Below, piece by piece: positions 55,201-64,000 of a DNA stretch of 64,000 nucleotides. This DNA is from Chrysomallon squamiferum. Lineage: Eukaryota > Animalia > Mollusca. Below the pieces are notes generated by a model, which saw only the letters and a program-made list of their open reading frames with translations, was not told the DNA's origin and searched no databases. Location: the NCBI GenBank assembly GCA_012295275.1, contig CM022671.1:13268001-13332000 (forward strand). Direction: 5' to 3'. The first letter of the stretch is position 1. Each line of letters begins with the position of its first letter. Both the position numbers and the translations under genes were made by a program.

Positions 55201-58200
55201 AAACATACATCATATCACCACTATTCACAATCACATTGTAAAAATGAAGCTGTTTGGGGCAATATATAGATTAGATCACGCACTTGTAATATATAATTTA
55301 TTTAAGTAATAATCAAGAAAACACAATAAATTATTCTTTCTTAGATTACACACCTGAAGAAGACATCACACAGATCCATTTATTTTAAAACATACCAGTA
55401 AATCTTTATTATAAATGACAGTTAAAGTGTCTGATGTTTTTATGTGCTTATTTTTGCTCCATACTTTAAAAAATAAATAAATATATATATATTTTTAAAT
55501 TAAATGATACTTTTCACTAAGCACAAAAATTTGTTATATAACATATTTATATTTGCACACACACTGATACAGATACTATACTTTAAAATGTTCAGTAAAT
55601 GTGCCAATCTCCACATATCCTGACTGCTTATTATTTTATTGTAATTATTTATTATAGTAAACATTAATGGTGATAGACAGTTAAAACAATCAGAGATATG
55701 TAAAATACATATACATGATACAGGCTGTTTTAAAAAAATATATATATAATTAAAAAGGAAATTAAAAAAAAAAGAAACAAAAGAATAACTATATAAAAAT
55801 CCAAAAATATAAATAAATAGAAGAATTAAACAATACTAATTTCCTTTTTTTTCCATTTTATTTTTTCAAAATTAACTTTTTGTATTGTAAAAAAAACAAA
55901 ATGGACATGTTTTGTATGTTAAATTTTTACAAGATATGAACACTAGTCTGCCCCCATAGCTATTTGTACTATGTGTTGAAAATATTCAAGTCTTAATTTT
56001 TTTCATAACTGTGTAAAGTATATTAACATCAATGCATGAAACTAAAGTTGGTAAAAAGCTAGTTAAAATTTTTAAAATCTTTTTAAAATCATAATGTCAT
56101 TTCTTCTTGTACTATAAAGATACTTTTTCTACCAAATTAATCAGAGTGAAAAGATCTAGATGATGGAATGCATTTAGAAGATATAAATTACAAAGTCTGA
56201 AATGTTAATTTGTAGGTGGTTTATCTTTTTTTCTTTCAACAATTTGCAGTTTTCTTCAGCTTTCAGTTACAATCTTAGTGCTAGTAAAGGCTATAATATT
56301 ATAATAATAAAGATGACTCGCTGAGTAACCTTTTCTCCCAACAGCAAGGCTCAAAGCACTTTACAGTGAGTGTATTAAGCAAACATGGACAAAAACTTAA
56401 GATTTATGAAATGACTGCAGAGAAAATGTTTCTGAGAACCTGTTTGAATGTGGGAATAGATTTTGAGAAGACAATGTCAAACCTAAGAAGAAAAGACTAA
56501 ATAAGGACATTTGTACTGAGTGACATATGTTATTACTTACTAAGTTTCAAACTTAACAAGCTTAATTTTTCACACTAACACTAATTAAACACAATGTATA
56601 ATCAGTTACAATATTATTTGCAAGATACTGCCACAACCACTGAAAAATCAAATAAAAAGCTAAATTTTACTGAATAAACAATCCCAAATAAGAAGGATAT
56701 TCTTAGATCACAACAACATGACTACAGATTTTTCAGTTTTGCAGGCATTAGAAAGAAATAAACTACTAAACCCTTCACAGATTTTATGCTGAAGGCCTCC
56801 AACACAGAGTCTGTAACTAATATTCTGCTGAGAAGTTATATGCCTAAATAATTTTGATGATTTATTAAAAAAGGTTCAGGTACAGTCTGACAATATATAA
56901 ACAGCTCCACTATCATTTCAAAACCATTTTATTCACTTAAATCATAATTTTATGTGGTTAAATAGACCTTTATGTAAAGAATTATTATTTTGCTTACAAA
57001 CAAAAACTTTGACAAAAATTAGGAGTATCTGGTTGTGAAGAACTGGCTTACTCATCACTTTCTAGACTCAGGAGTGAATCAGCTTCAATGGTCATGATTT
57101 AACACAGTGGTTTGACATAAAACACAGTCTCGCTCAGGTACGATGAGTGATCATATAGTTGCTTTAAACTTCAATTCTACTGTGGTTTTTTAACTATGAA
57201 ATATTTCACTTTCCGATAATATCTTTTTGAATAAAATTTTGTATGACTAGTGTTTACCTAATAATTAAAAAAGAAAAAGTTTAAAAGAATAAAATATAGT
57301 GATACATCAGATATCAAACTTAATCTATCCCAGAAAGCAGTCTGAAAACAAAATCAATTATTTCCATAAGAAATAATATAAATTAGATCAATCCATTCCA
57401 GTTAGCATTATAAAGCGTATTAAGTAACAAATGTTGCTTACTTAAAATTGCATAATAATAATAATAATCGTAAACTTCTGATGCAGGATAGATATGATAT
57501 TGTCACTGAAAAGGTTTATATTTTCAAGATTTGCAAAACTGAATTGTTTGAAAAGGAAGTTTTTCAAGAACTATGGTATAACTAAATAAAATATAAAATT
57601 TTTAGATTTTTTTTAAATTATGAACTTAGGTACTGCTGTGCTTTATTGTTTTATGCAAATGTTTATTTCTAAAACAAACTGAAATTAACTTCTTGATATA
57701 GGTGGGTCAATGAATTTTTTTTTTAATTGTTATGTATAAACTCTATAGTTATTTTAATATATATAAGATGTGCATTTCTGCACTATTTTCTTGGACTATA
57801 AAGACATTACAATGCAGAGGTATAATAATATTATTATTACTATTATTAATTTCATTACAGTGTTCAATATATTATTTTTTTTTTTGAACTAATGTGTACA
57901 TGTTATGCCATTGAGCCAATTTTAACATATATCTGTCATTCCAGAAAGCAAATACTCTTTTCAAGGTTCTAAAGCCAGAGAGATATAATTTATGTAATAT
58001 AAACCAAAAATGCAACCAATAAATTATATATAATACAGGATAAAAAATTCCACTGGGTCGTTGTTTCATATTTTAAATGCATATTTACAGGTTTTTTTCT
58101 AAAAAACAATAGTTCGTTGCAAATGTCGAAAGGTGTATAATATTAACTGTTTGTTCATGGTTCAGTCTCATAGAGCAGTTTGATCAGTGGATCAGGCAAA

Positions 58201-61200
58201 ACCTTTAAGTACTAAATAGTCTCAAGAAAGGCTGATGTTTGTTGTGTATTTAGAAACATAAATTAAGTCCATATATCAAGTACAAAAATAAAAATCTTGA
58301 ATATTTGAACTATGAATTGAAGCTGAATATAAATAAATAAATGATTTGAATTTTATTATTATTGGTTATTAGATTTTGCATTTTTTATTTTAAACCTCTC
58401 CCCCTGTCCATTAATTATCACAGTGATGAAACATTACAAGAAGGGAAACCTGCAGTCATCTCTTAGTAATTAGCAGCAAGGGATCTTTAACGTAATTATA
58501 CCTTCCTCTAACACATCTCACAAATAAATTGGTAATAAAGCAGTGGGTGCATCCAGAAAATAGCTCTAGTTAAATTGTAAATAACATTCAGAGCATAATT
58601 ATGTGTATCTTTCACTAACTTTCAGACAAACTCTTTAATAGTTAACCTGTTCTCTACATTATTGTAAACTCAGCCTCAACAAATACCACAAACCTGCTTT
58701 TAGCTGAAAACAGGTATAACAGGACAATGTAGAATATCAGTAAAACACCATTATACTGTTCTCCTACAAAGGATGGAAATATGTATAGATTTCAAGTTTG
58801 CCATATGTCAAGAGCTGTTGTTACTTATTTCTTAAACATTTCATCTGGTTCACTGAACAACTTGTGCTTCTGATTTCTAGAATTTCTCCAACCACAATGT
58901 TGTGTACTCATAATCACCACAAATGAATTGTATTTACTCATAATACAGTCAGAATCTGTATCGTGGTTATTTAAACTGAAACAAGATTTACTGCAATGAA
59001 CATGCTGTTATATGTTTTATAGAAGAACTACATATTTTTAAATAGTTCTAGTAACAAATGTACATTCCATCAGTGTTCCCATATCCACTGTAATGAAAGA
59101 ACAAATGAATTTTTAATGATACCTTAACATCTTTTCGTATTAACAATTTTTAGATATCAACAATTAAAATAATAATAATAATAAGAAGAAGAAAGTGGAA
59201 ACTAGCTATTATTCCACATACATTTTCTTACCAGTTAGCAGCATGTAATCTTTTATACACACTTTCTCTATTGATATAAAAATAGAAGTGAACAAATATT
59301 GTATCACTGTAAATAAAGTGTCATATAAAATGATACAGTAAACTCTCTCAATCTTATATGTCATTTTGTTGAACTTCACACTATCTCGAAGATCTGGATG
59401 CAGACCATTTCTTCAATAAAGCTGTTTCCATTCTTACTGATTTTTTTCTTTAAATATAAGATACAGACTGTACTTTTATAAAGTATATATGTATTTCAAA
59501 GTTCTTAAATTATGTTGTATTTTACTTTGATGATACTGATAATGTTGAACTTTCATTGAATAATGTAAGTACTTAATAAAAACAGTACATACATTAAAGT
59601 AAAAAAAACCACCAAAACAATGACGTTTTCCTTTCCTTTTCATTATACTGAATGTAACAATACCTTGAACTTGATTCCAAGTGACTGCAACTTCAAGATA
59701 GAGTGTTTTTATATGTTTTTGAATTTTATAAGATAAAATCAAAAATGAAAACAATACTACTTATTTATTCTTGAGGATAGAATTATCTGGGAAAATTAGA
59801 CTCCTAATATCATATACAAACATTTTTGTCATAACATTTTTACCTACATTTTTATCTTTATCAAAGTTAAGACATACAAATGTTGTTTATGGTCTAATCA
59901 TGACATATATTTTAACAAATACCAACAACACAATTTCAAAAATGAAACAGTTTACATTTCTTAATTATTTGACAAGCTCATTTGATATCAAATAAAATTC
60001 ACAACCAACATAAGACTTGATAAGAGGAAAAGATAACAAGTAACTCACCTGATGCTGTGATGAAGATACATAATCTCAATGGGGATTGCACCAGGGGATC
60101 TAAAGGAGTTCCTGACCTGCCTGAAGCATCACTTCCTGTTAACCCTTTGAGCCTGATTGTGTAAAACATGTCATACCATTTGGCATCTTTTCATATCCTT
60201 CAGGCATTCCTTCAGACATGTCAGGTGGGTTTTAACTCCAAAGATGAGTTTTTGGTCTCAGAGAAAATGTACATTGTAAAGCATTGTATCAATCATCCAT
60301 GCAGGTATGCATTTTTTAAATCTCTATTACAGCTAAACAAAAAATATTACACCCAGGAAGCTTTTATATGTGAACTTTATGCAGATGTGTAGGCCTACAA
60401 TGTCTTACTCAATGATCAAGAAAGATGGTGATTCCTAGCATCCAAAATTTATCATTCAGGTTTTAGTTAATCAGATGTTAATAGCTGAAAAGGTGTTATT
60501 TTCAAGTATGTGCATTTTTTAAATCTATATTGTGGCTAAATAAAAAATATTACACCCAGGAAGCTTTTATATGTTTTAGTTAACATGTGGGAGATTAAAT
60601 TTCAATAAAGGTCATCTCAAGGTCACGTGATCCACAGTCAATTTCAAGGTCATAGCAAAGGTCAAAAGGTCAATGTACTCCAATATTTTCCAAACAGAAC
60701 AAACATGGCCGATTTGGAATCCTTGTCATATTGCCTTTTCAACAATACCAATTTTATGAAAATTGGCCCAGTAGTTCCTGAGATATGAGGGTTCTAAGGT
60801 TGGTGGTCACACCCATTTTTGCCAAAAATCTCAAAATTCGGTGGGCCATATCTCCCACACCACTGATCCGACTGGGCTAATATTTCAGATTTGGTGCTGT
60901 GGGATCCCAGTCAACAAGTATACCAAGTTTCATAAAAAATTTGAGAAGGTCGGGTTTAACCCATTGGGTGATTTGACATGGAATGACTGCTATATATATT
61001 ATTATTTCAATTTAAAATTTACCAATTCTTGTCAGTTCTTGTCACATGATCATGAGCACTTTAAATATTGACAGATGCAAATATTTTGAAGACACCTTAG
61101 AAAATCATCATCTACCTGTTGGACCAATTTCTTTACCTCACAGACTGACACAACTAATATAACAATGTAGTTTACAGTCTGTTTATCGAATGTTCTGAAT

Positions 61201-63798
61201 AATAATGTTAAGCATTAATATGAAATTTTATAATAACTTTTATGCTTTTAAAATTTTAACTTTTCAACAGTATTGTTAAACTATGTAACATTCTTTATTC
61301 ATTTGATGTTCAACATTAACCATTAATTTAAAATGTACATTAAATCTTTTTAAATAACATGGCTACTTAGGTATATTCAGTTGCTGTATATTTCTATATT
61401 ATATTTTATATCAATAGCTTTTCAACACTTGATGGATCAAAAGTCCATTTTCAAAAAACAACATATAGACACAACCATAAACATGGATAAGAAGGTTTAT
61501 ATATAGCTCTCTATTATTCATGATTCATACGAAATAAAAACAGATTAAAAAATACTAAGCATGAACTTAAGCACTGTTTCATATATGTAGTATTTATACT
61601 TGAGTATCAGTGGAAATAAGAGAATGCTAAATATAAACTTAAAATACTATTAGATATATGCATACATAAATGTTATTTTTCTTTTTTTATTGATAGTTTT
61701 CAAATCAAAAATTGTAAGTAGAATTTAGACCAAAATTACATTCAGGTTTGGTAGTCCATTATAGTTTGGTTTTTTTTTGTGTGTATCTCATTCATTATAT
61801 TACTGTATACAGCAGTATATGGGATTACATACAAAATTATAAACTTTATTAACATCAGTTAGGTTGTAGCTCAGTTCTACAGAACTAGTATTAGGCTTTA
61901 TTGGTGCTCCTATGAAATGGTTTCCCATTCTAGCCAATTCTATACAATTAGTTTATCAGAACACAATTAAGTTAATGCATACGAAAAACACTTTTTTCTC
62001 TACAACAACAGTGATCTTTGTTACAGCCAGTGTCATTAATTTACCAATAAATTTCAACAATGTGTCAGTTATCACTATTAAATATAGGCCAGTTTGTACA
62101 CAGAAGTATATGTGTCATTGTGCATTGCTTTCCATTAGCATTTCATGAAGTTGTAAAATACATTCCATAATCTCATTATAGTTTATGATTTTTTTGCATT
62201 GATTAACATGTTTTGTAACTGAAATAATTAGAGTAAATTGTTTTATTTATACTGATGACAGTTTGTGTATGAAAAAACAGATGGAAATATATTACCAGTA
62301 GGCTATATCAAGATTTTACAAAATGGCAAAACACATTTTGAGTAAATGCTCTTTTTTTTGTGTGTGAAGAAATGGAGATTCTCTTGATATTGAGATTTCC
62401 CCTGTAAATGATTCTTTGGGATTCTAAATCATATTTTTTTCTTGTGATTTCTGTAAAGGTATAAACTGCCATTTGTTCAACTGCCTTAAAGACATATGGA
62501 AAATGTTGTTATCACTGCATCAATGAAAGCTCATTTATTAAACTGATAAATGCATGCACACTGCTATTTCTATCCCGTGGCAGTGGACCTAGATTTTAAA
62601 AAAGTGAGACAGTAGCACTGAATGATGATAGAATACTGAATGTTAATGAATGGAATTGCAAATGATTCAAAACTTTTTGGAGGATGTGATGGATGACAGT
62701 GAGGCAGATGAGAAGAAAGATGATTGATTATATGAATTGAGATGACGACAACCATTTCAATTTCAGGGAAAATTAATGGAAGTGAAAGCTGAAAACACCT
62801 GCTAAAGCACTGGGGCAGGGTAGGCAGCAAAGCTTATAAAAATAAAATACTAAATAGAAATAGTTTTTTTTACAATTATTCAAAATTAAAGTTGTTTTTA
62901 TTTGAAGAAAACAAATATACATTTACACACAAACACATACACAGTTTATTATTATGATTCAGTGGTAAAGCAGTGGTTCCTAGCTTAAGTACTTACATAA
63001 GTTCACATAAACCAAAGAATAACGAAGTGCAGATTCCTCTTCTTTTTTTTAACAATGGTACCAAATTATTAATTGATCTGTATTTTGTTTTTAATATAGA
63101 CATTGAGCTCTTATTAGTAAAATATCATGACAATGTTAATACCTTTCAGCTGACCAAATTTAATCAAGATCTATAAGGTAAATGTCAAAAAATAAACTGA
63201 ATAATCTGAATCCCTATTTCTGTATTTTAAGGTTTTTATCCCCACCCAATTTGTTTGTTATGCCATAACACCTCTATGATATATCATAAGAGAGCAAAAA
63301 TGCTTTTCTTTAAAATGTTTGAATTTTTGGGGGGGAACAAGGGTCACATAAGGATCTGTTTTATTCCCATTAATTCATAGAATTTTTAAGGTTAGAACAG
63401 ATTTATTTCACATGAAGAACAAAGAAAATACCTCAGCTGGGAAGTAAAAAATTAAAAACAAGTATAACAATTATTTCTTAAATAATAAAGGTGAGAATAA
63501 TAGAAGCTGTAATTGACACTGAGGAAAAACCTTTATCACGAAAAGAAATTTCAAGAGGTCAAAGAAAAATAAAATTTGTAAATTCATGATGGTTATTAAG
63601 AATTGTTAGAGCAGAAAATAAACAACTGAACTTGCTAAAAGAATGTAACTTGTACAGTAACAGACAAATAATCATAACTATTTAAGAAGTTATTTGAAAA
63701 ATTATGTAGAGCAATTCTATTCTTACCTTAACTGGCATATCACAAATATGTTTATCAAACTCTTCTTCCCCACACTGAGATAATGCCCAAACAGACAT
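31103..63798 (-). CDS. Multi-exon gene: uncharacterised PH-domain / actin-fold fusion protein (~1078 aa)
   Basis: Hand-built model with phase-consistent splice sites, exons 5'->3': 63727-63798, 52538-52732, 49887-51057, 39592-39744, 38979-39103, 38002-38145, 37801-37893, 37504-37644, 34601-34661, 34018-34166, 33625-33705, 33173-33365, 32696-32838, 32357-32472, 31919-32065, 31463-31562, 31103-31255. Total 3237 nt, one open frame ending in TGA. The PH and actin exons are strongly supported; the 5' exons less so. Confidence 0.85.
31463..31562 (-). CDS. Actin-fold exon (SVYLSGGVTMLPGFRERLQSELVKLAPPNVPVE)
   Basis: cag|...|gtaagt; matches actin [25 protein letters not shown]. Confidence 0.95.
31919..32065 (-). 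CDS. Actin-fold exon (SVTHDISRFKSPEGLF...IFQAIQSCPMDSRRHMYR)
   Basis: cag|...|gtttgt; matches actin ERFRCPEALF...SIMKCDVDIRKDLY. Confidence 0.93.
32357..32472 (-). CDS. Actin-fold exon (SCFVAADYKTAIEQCK...FDLPIGAYV)
   Basis: ttcag|...|gtaagt; matches actin LCYVALDF...YELPDG. Confidence 0.92.
32696..32838 (-). CDS. Actin-fold exon (GFVIEGGVSMLPYGAEKIEDSL...ENYRFSSRIERLLVKYIMEK)
   Basis: ttcag|...|gtatct; matches actin [21 protein letters not shown]. Confidence 0.92.
33173..33365 (-). CDS. Actin-fold exon (VMLSTP...VQQALLSLYSYNTTSGIIVDVGETIEILPIYDG)
   Basis: ccag|...|gtttg; matches actin VLLTEAP...[33 protein letters not shown]. Confidence 0.95.
33625..33705 (-). CDS. Actin-fold exon (FAIDEEQMPAVFRKVFQDLHIKPEEYL)
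   Basis: ttag|...|gtgatt; matches actin [23 protein letters not shown]. Confidence 0.88.
34018..34166 (-). CDS. Actin-fold exon (SLPELFFPSVVAVHNSTGEMVVGMDA...LLHPIRASNKIDK)
   Basis: ttcag|...|gtatt; matches actin PRAVFPSIV...YVGDEA...LKYPI. Confidence 0.9.
34601..34661 (-). CDS. Actin phosphate-1 loop exon (KVVVIDLGSNAIRAGLLGQK)
   Basis: ttcag|...|gtaact; matches actin ALVVDNGSGMCKAGFAG. Confidence 0.92.
35003..35588. mobile_element. Tc1/mariner-superfamily (pogo/Tigger-like) MITE, intronic
   Basis: 25-bp terminal inverted repeats CCGTATATACTTGTGTATAAGTCGA / TCGCCTTGTACACAAGTATATACAG (22/25 match), TA on both flanks (35001-2, 35589-90), subterminal GTCGACTTATAC repeats, no ORF. Confidence 0.85.
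37504..37644 (-). CDS. PH domain C-terminal helix exon plus linker (RGRFLMVRCPTDREHGQWKLALNTQ...PHPKK)
   Basis: ctag|...|gttgtc; contains the PH-typical beta-7 strand followed by an E-x3-W-x2-AL helix. Confidence 0.88.
37801..37893 (-). CDS. PH domain middle exon (TSDRNKPSETIQLMGGNIQDLGNRILGIDDG)
   Basis: ctcag|...|gtaaga; P-x3-I-x-L pattern of PH strands. Confidence 0.88.
38002..38145 (-). CDS. PH domain N-terminal exon (MEGFMEKLPMNKKKATLLKTWKRRFFKAADGWLYYYE)
   Basis: gtag| acceptor; classic PH signature EG-x2-x-K...WKRRFF...LYYY; donor AG|gcaagt (GC-AG type). Confidence 0.9.
38979..39103 (-). CDS. Linker exon (EQTSAPSETYVSTASPEAKQQTSMEDDDETVKNMNLKSWNP)
   Basis: acag|...|gtaagt; phase 1 in, phase 0 out, fitting both neighbours. 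Confidence 0.8.
39592..39744 (-). CDS. Linker exon, symmetric phase 1-1 (STGDSDSQTNGTTEISTVTFVVKGERPEKPRRMSQPKS...)
   Basis: ttcag|...|gtaaga; open in the expected frame. Confidence 0.8.
41040..41420 (+). mobile_element. Possible heavily decayed non-LTR retrotransposon fragment
   Basis: Higher-GC intronic patch. One frame reads NLAGALTGYNQAKHSYHVSDEEKCKVGE, loosely resembling the LTGH...H...C motif at the end of RNase H-bearing LINE ORF2. Weak support. Confidence 0.25.
41870..42515. repeat. Degenerate (TAG/TAA/GTA)n low-complexity tract
   Basis: 3-bp periodic AGT/AAT/GAT-rich sequence over ~650 bp. Confidence 0.75.
42533..43048. mobile_element. Dispersed non-autonomous repeat, copy 1 (internally deleted)
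   Basis: Colinear with 60080-60988 (CACCAGGGG...GCCTGATTGTGTA...CAGACATGTCAGGTGG...TTGGGTGATTTGACATGGAATGAC). Confidence 0.85.
49090..49179. mobile_element. Solo terminus of a Tigger/pogo-like element
   Basis: Minus strand reads TA-CAGTGGAAACTCAAGTTACGAAC, resembling CAGT-start TIRs. The second end was not found. Confidence 0.3.
49887..51057 (-). CDS. Large 1171-nt exon encoding a Ser/Thr/Asn-rich disordered region
   Basis: Lies inside the 411-aa ORF (49864-51099), exceptional for such AT-rich DNA. ttcag| acceptor and TCAG|gtgagt donor; phases 0->1 match the neighbouring exons. Confidence 0.85.
52538..52732 (-). CDS. N-terminal helical/coiled-coil exon (GLMETITYFQKEMAAEQENFNSLSLQLHGIKDRNSHQYKQISKDMMKSQGRLTMLMNRSMKCFAK)
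   Basis: ttccag|...AAG|gtagca; 195 nt, phase 0-0, protein-like composition. Confidence 0.8.
53880..53918. mobile_element. Solo Tc1-like terminus
   Basis: Minus strand reads TA-CAGGGATCATGCAAAATAATTACCCC. The partner end was not identified. Confidence 0.25.
60080..60988. mobile_element. Dispersed non-autonomous repeat, copy 2 (longer, with an internal duplication)
   Basis: Colinear with 42533-43048. Internal duplication of TATGTGCATTTTTTAAATCT...TACACCCAGGAAGCTTTTATATGT-like sequence at ~60305 and ~60507. Confidence 0.85.
63727..63798 (-). CDS. Putative first coding exon (MSVWALSQCGEEEFDKHICDMPVK)
   Basis: ttttttcag|ATG...AAG|gtaaga, strong sites on both sides, 72 nt, phase 0 joins the 52732 exon. 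A possible upstream UTR-exon donor lies at 63945. Confidence 0.65.
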
Positions 63799-64000
63799 CT
63801 GAAAAAATAAATGTATATATATAAAATAAAATAAAATAAAATAAAATATATTTTAAAAAGTACTTATTTAAAAAAAAACAGAAACAAATATAAATTGTTT
63901 TCCTTGATCATTATAAATACTGCTGTGTAACCTTAAAAAGTTACCTTGTAAACTCTTATCTCTTATCTTTTAATATAATTCACAGTGAATATTGTCTGAT

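Noticed and set aside
61860-61880. tRNA gene (GGTTGTAGCTCAGTT A-box-like)
   Set aside because: No B-box or cloverleaf follows; at most a SINE-head remnant.

Overview
Eukaryotic (animal-like, very AT-rich, spliceosomal introns) genomic DNA that looks like the edge of a satellite block running into gene-bearing sequence. 1-13144: ~78 tandem copies of a 169-bp CpG-rich satellite with conserved dyad symmetry and higher-order structure, a candidate centromeric or pericentromeric repeat. 13145-~17455: a second ~300-bp satellite joined abruptly to the first, with A/B/C variants and a ~1.5-kb higher-order unit. ~17.5-26.5 kb: a decayed repeat zone with an L1/Tx1-type LINE 3' fragment, degenerate ~150-bp and ~190-bp tandem repeats and two notable hairpins. 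31103-63798 (minus strand): one 17-exon gene that I assembled by hand with consistent splice phases (3237 nt, ~1078 aa). It encodes an N-terminal helical segment, a long Ser/Thr/Asn-rich disordered region, a PH domain and a complete but divergent C-terminal actin fold. This PH-actin fusion is the most interesting item. The introns carry MITE and DNA-transposon fragments and decayed coding-like sequence. No rRNA, tRNA, CRISPR or prokaryotic features are supported. All domain assignments come from motif recognition by eye, not database searches.
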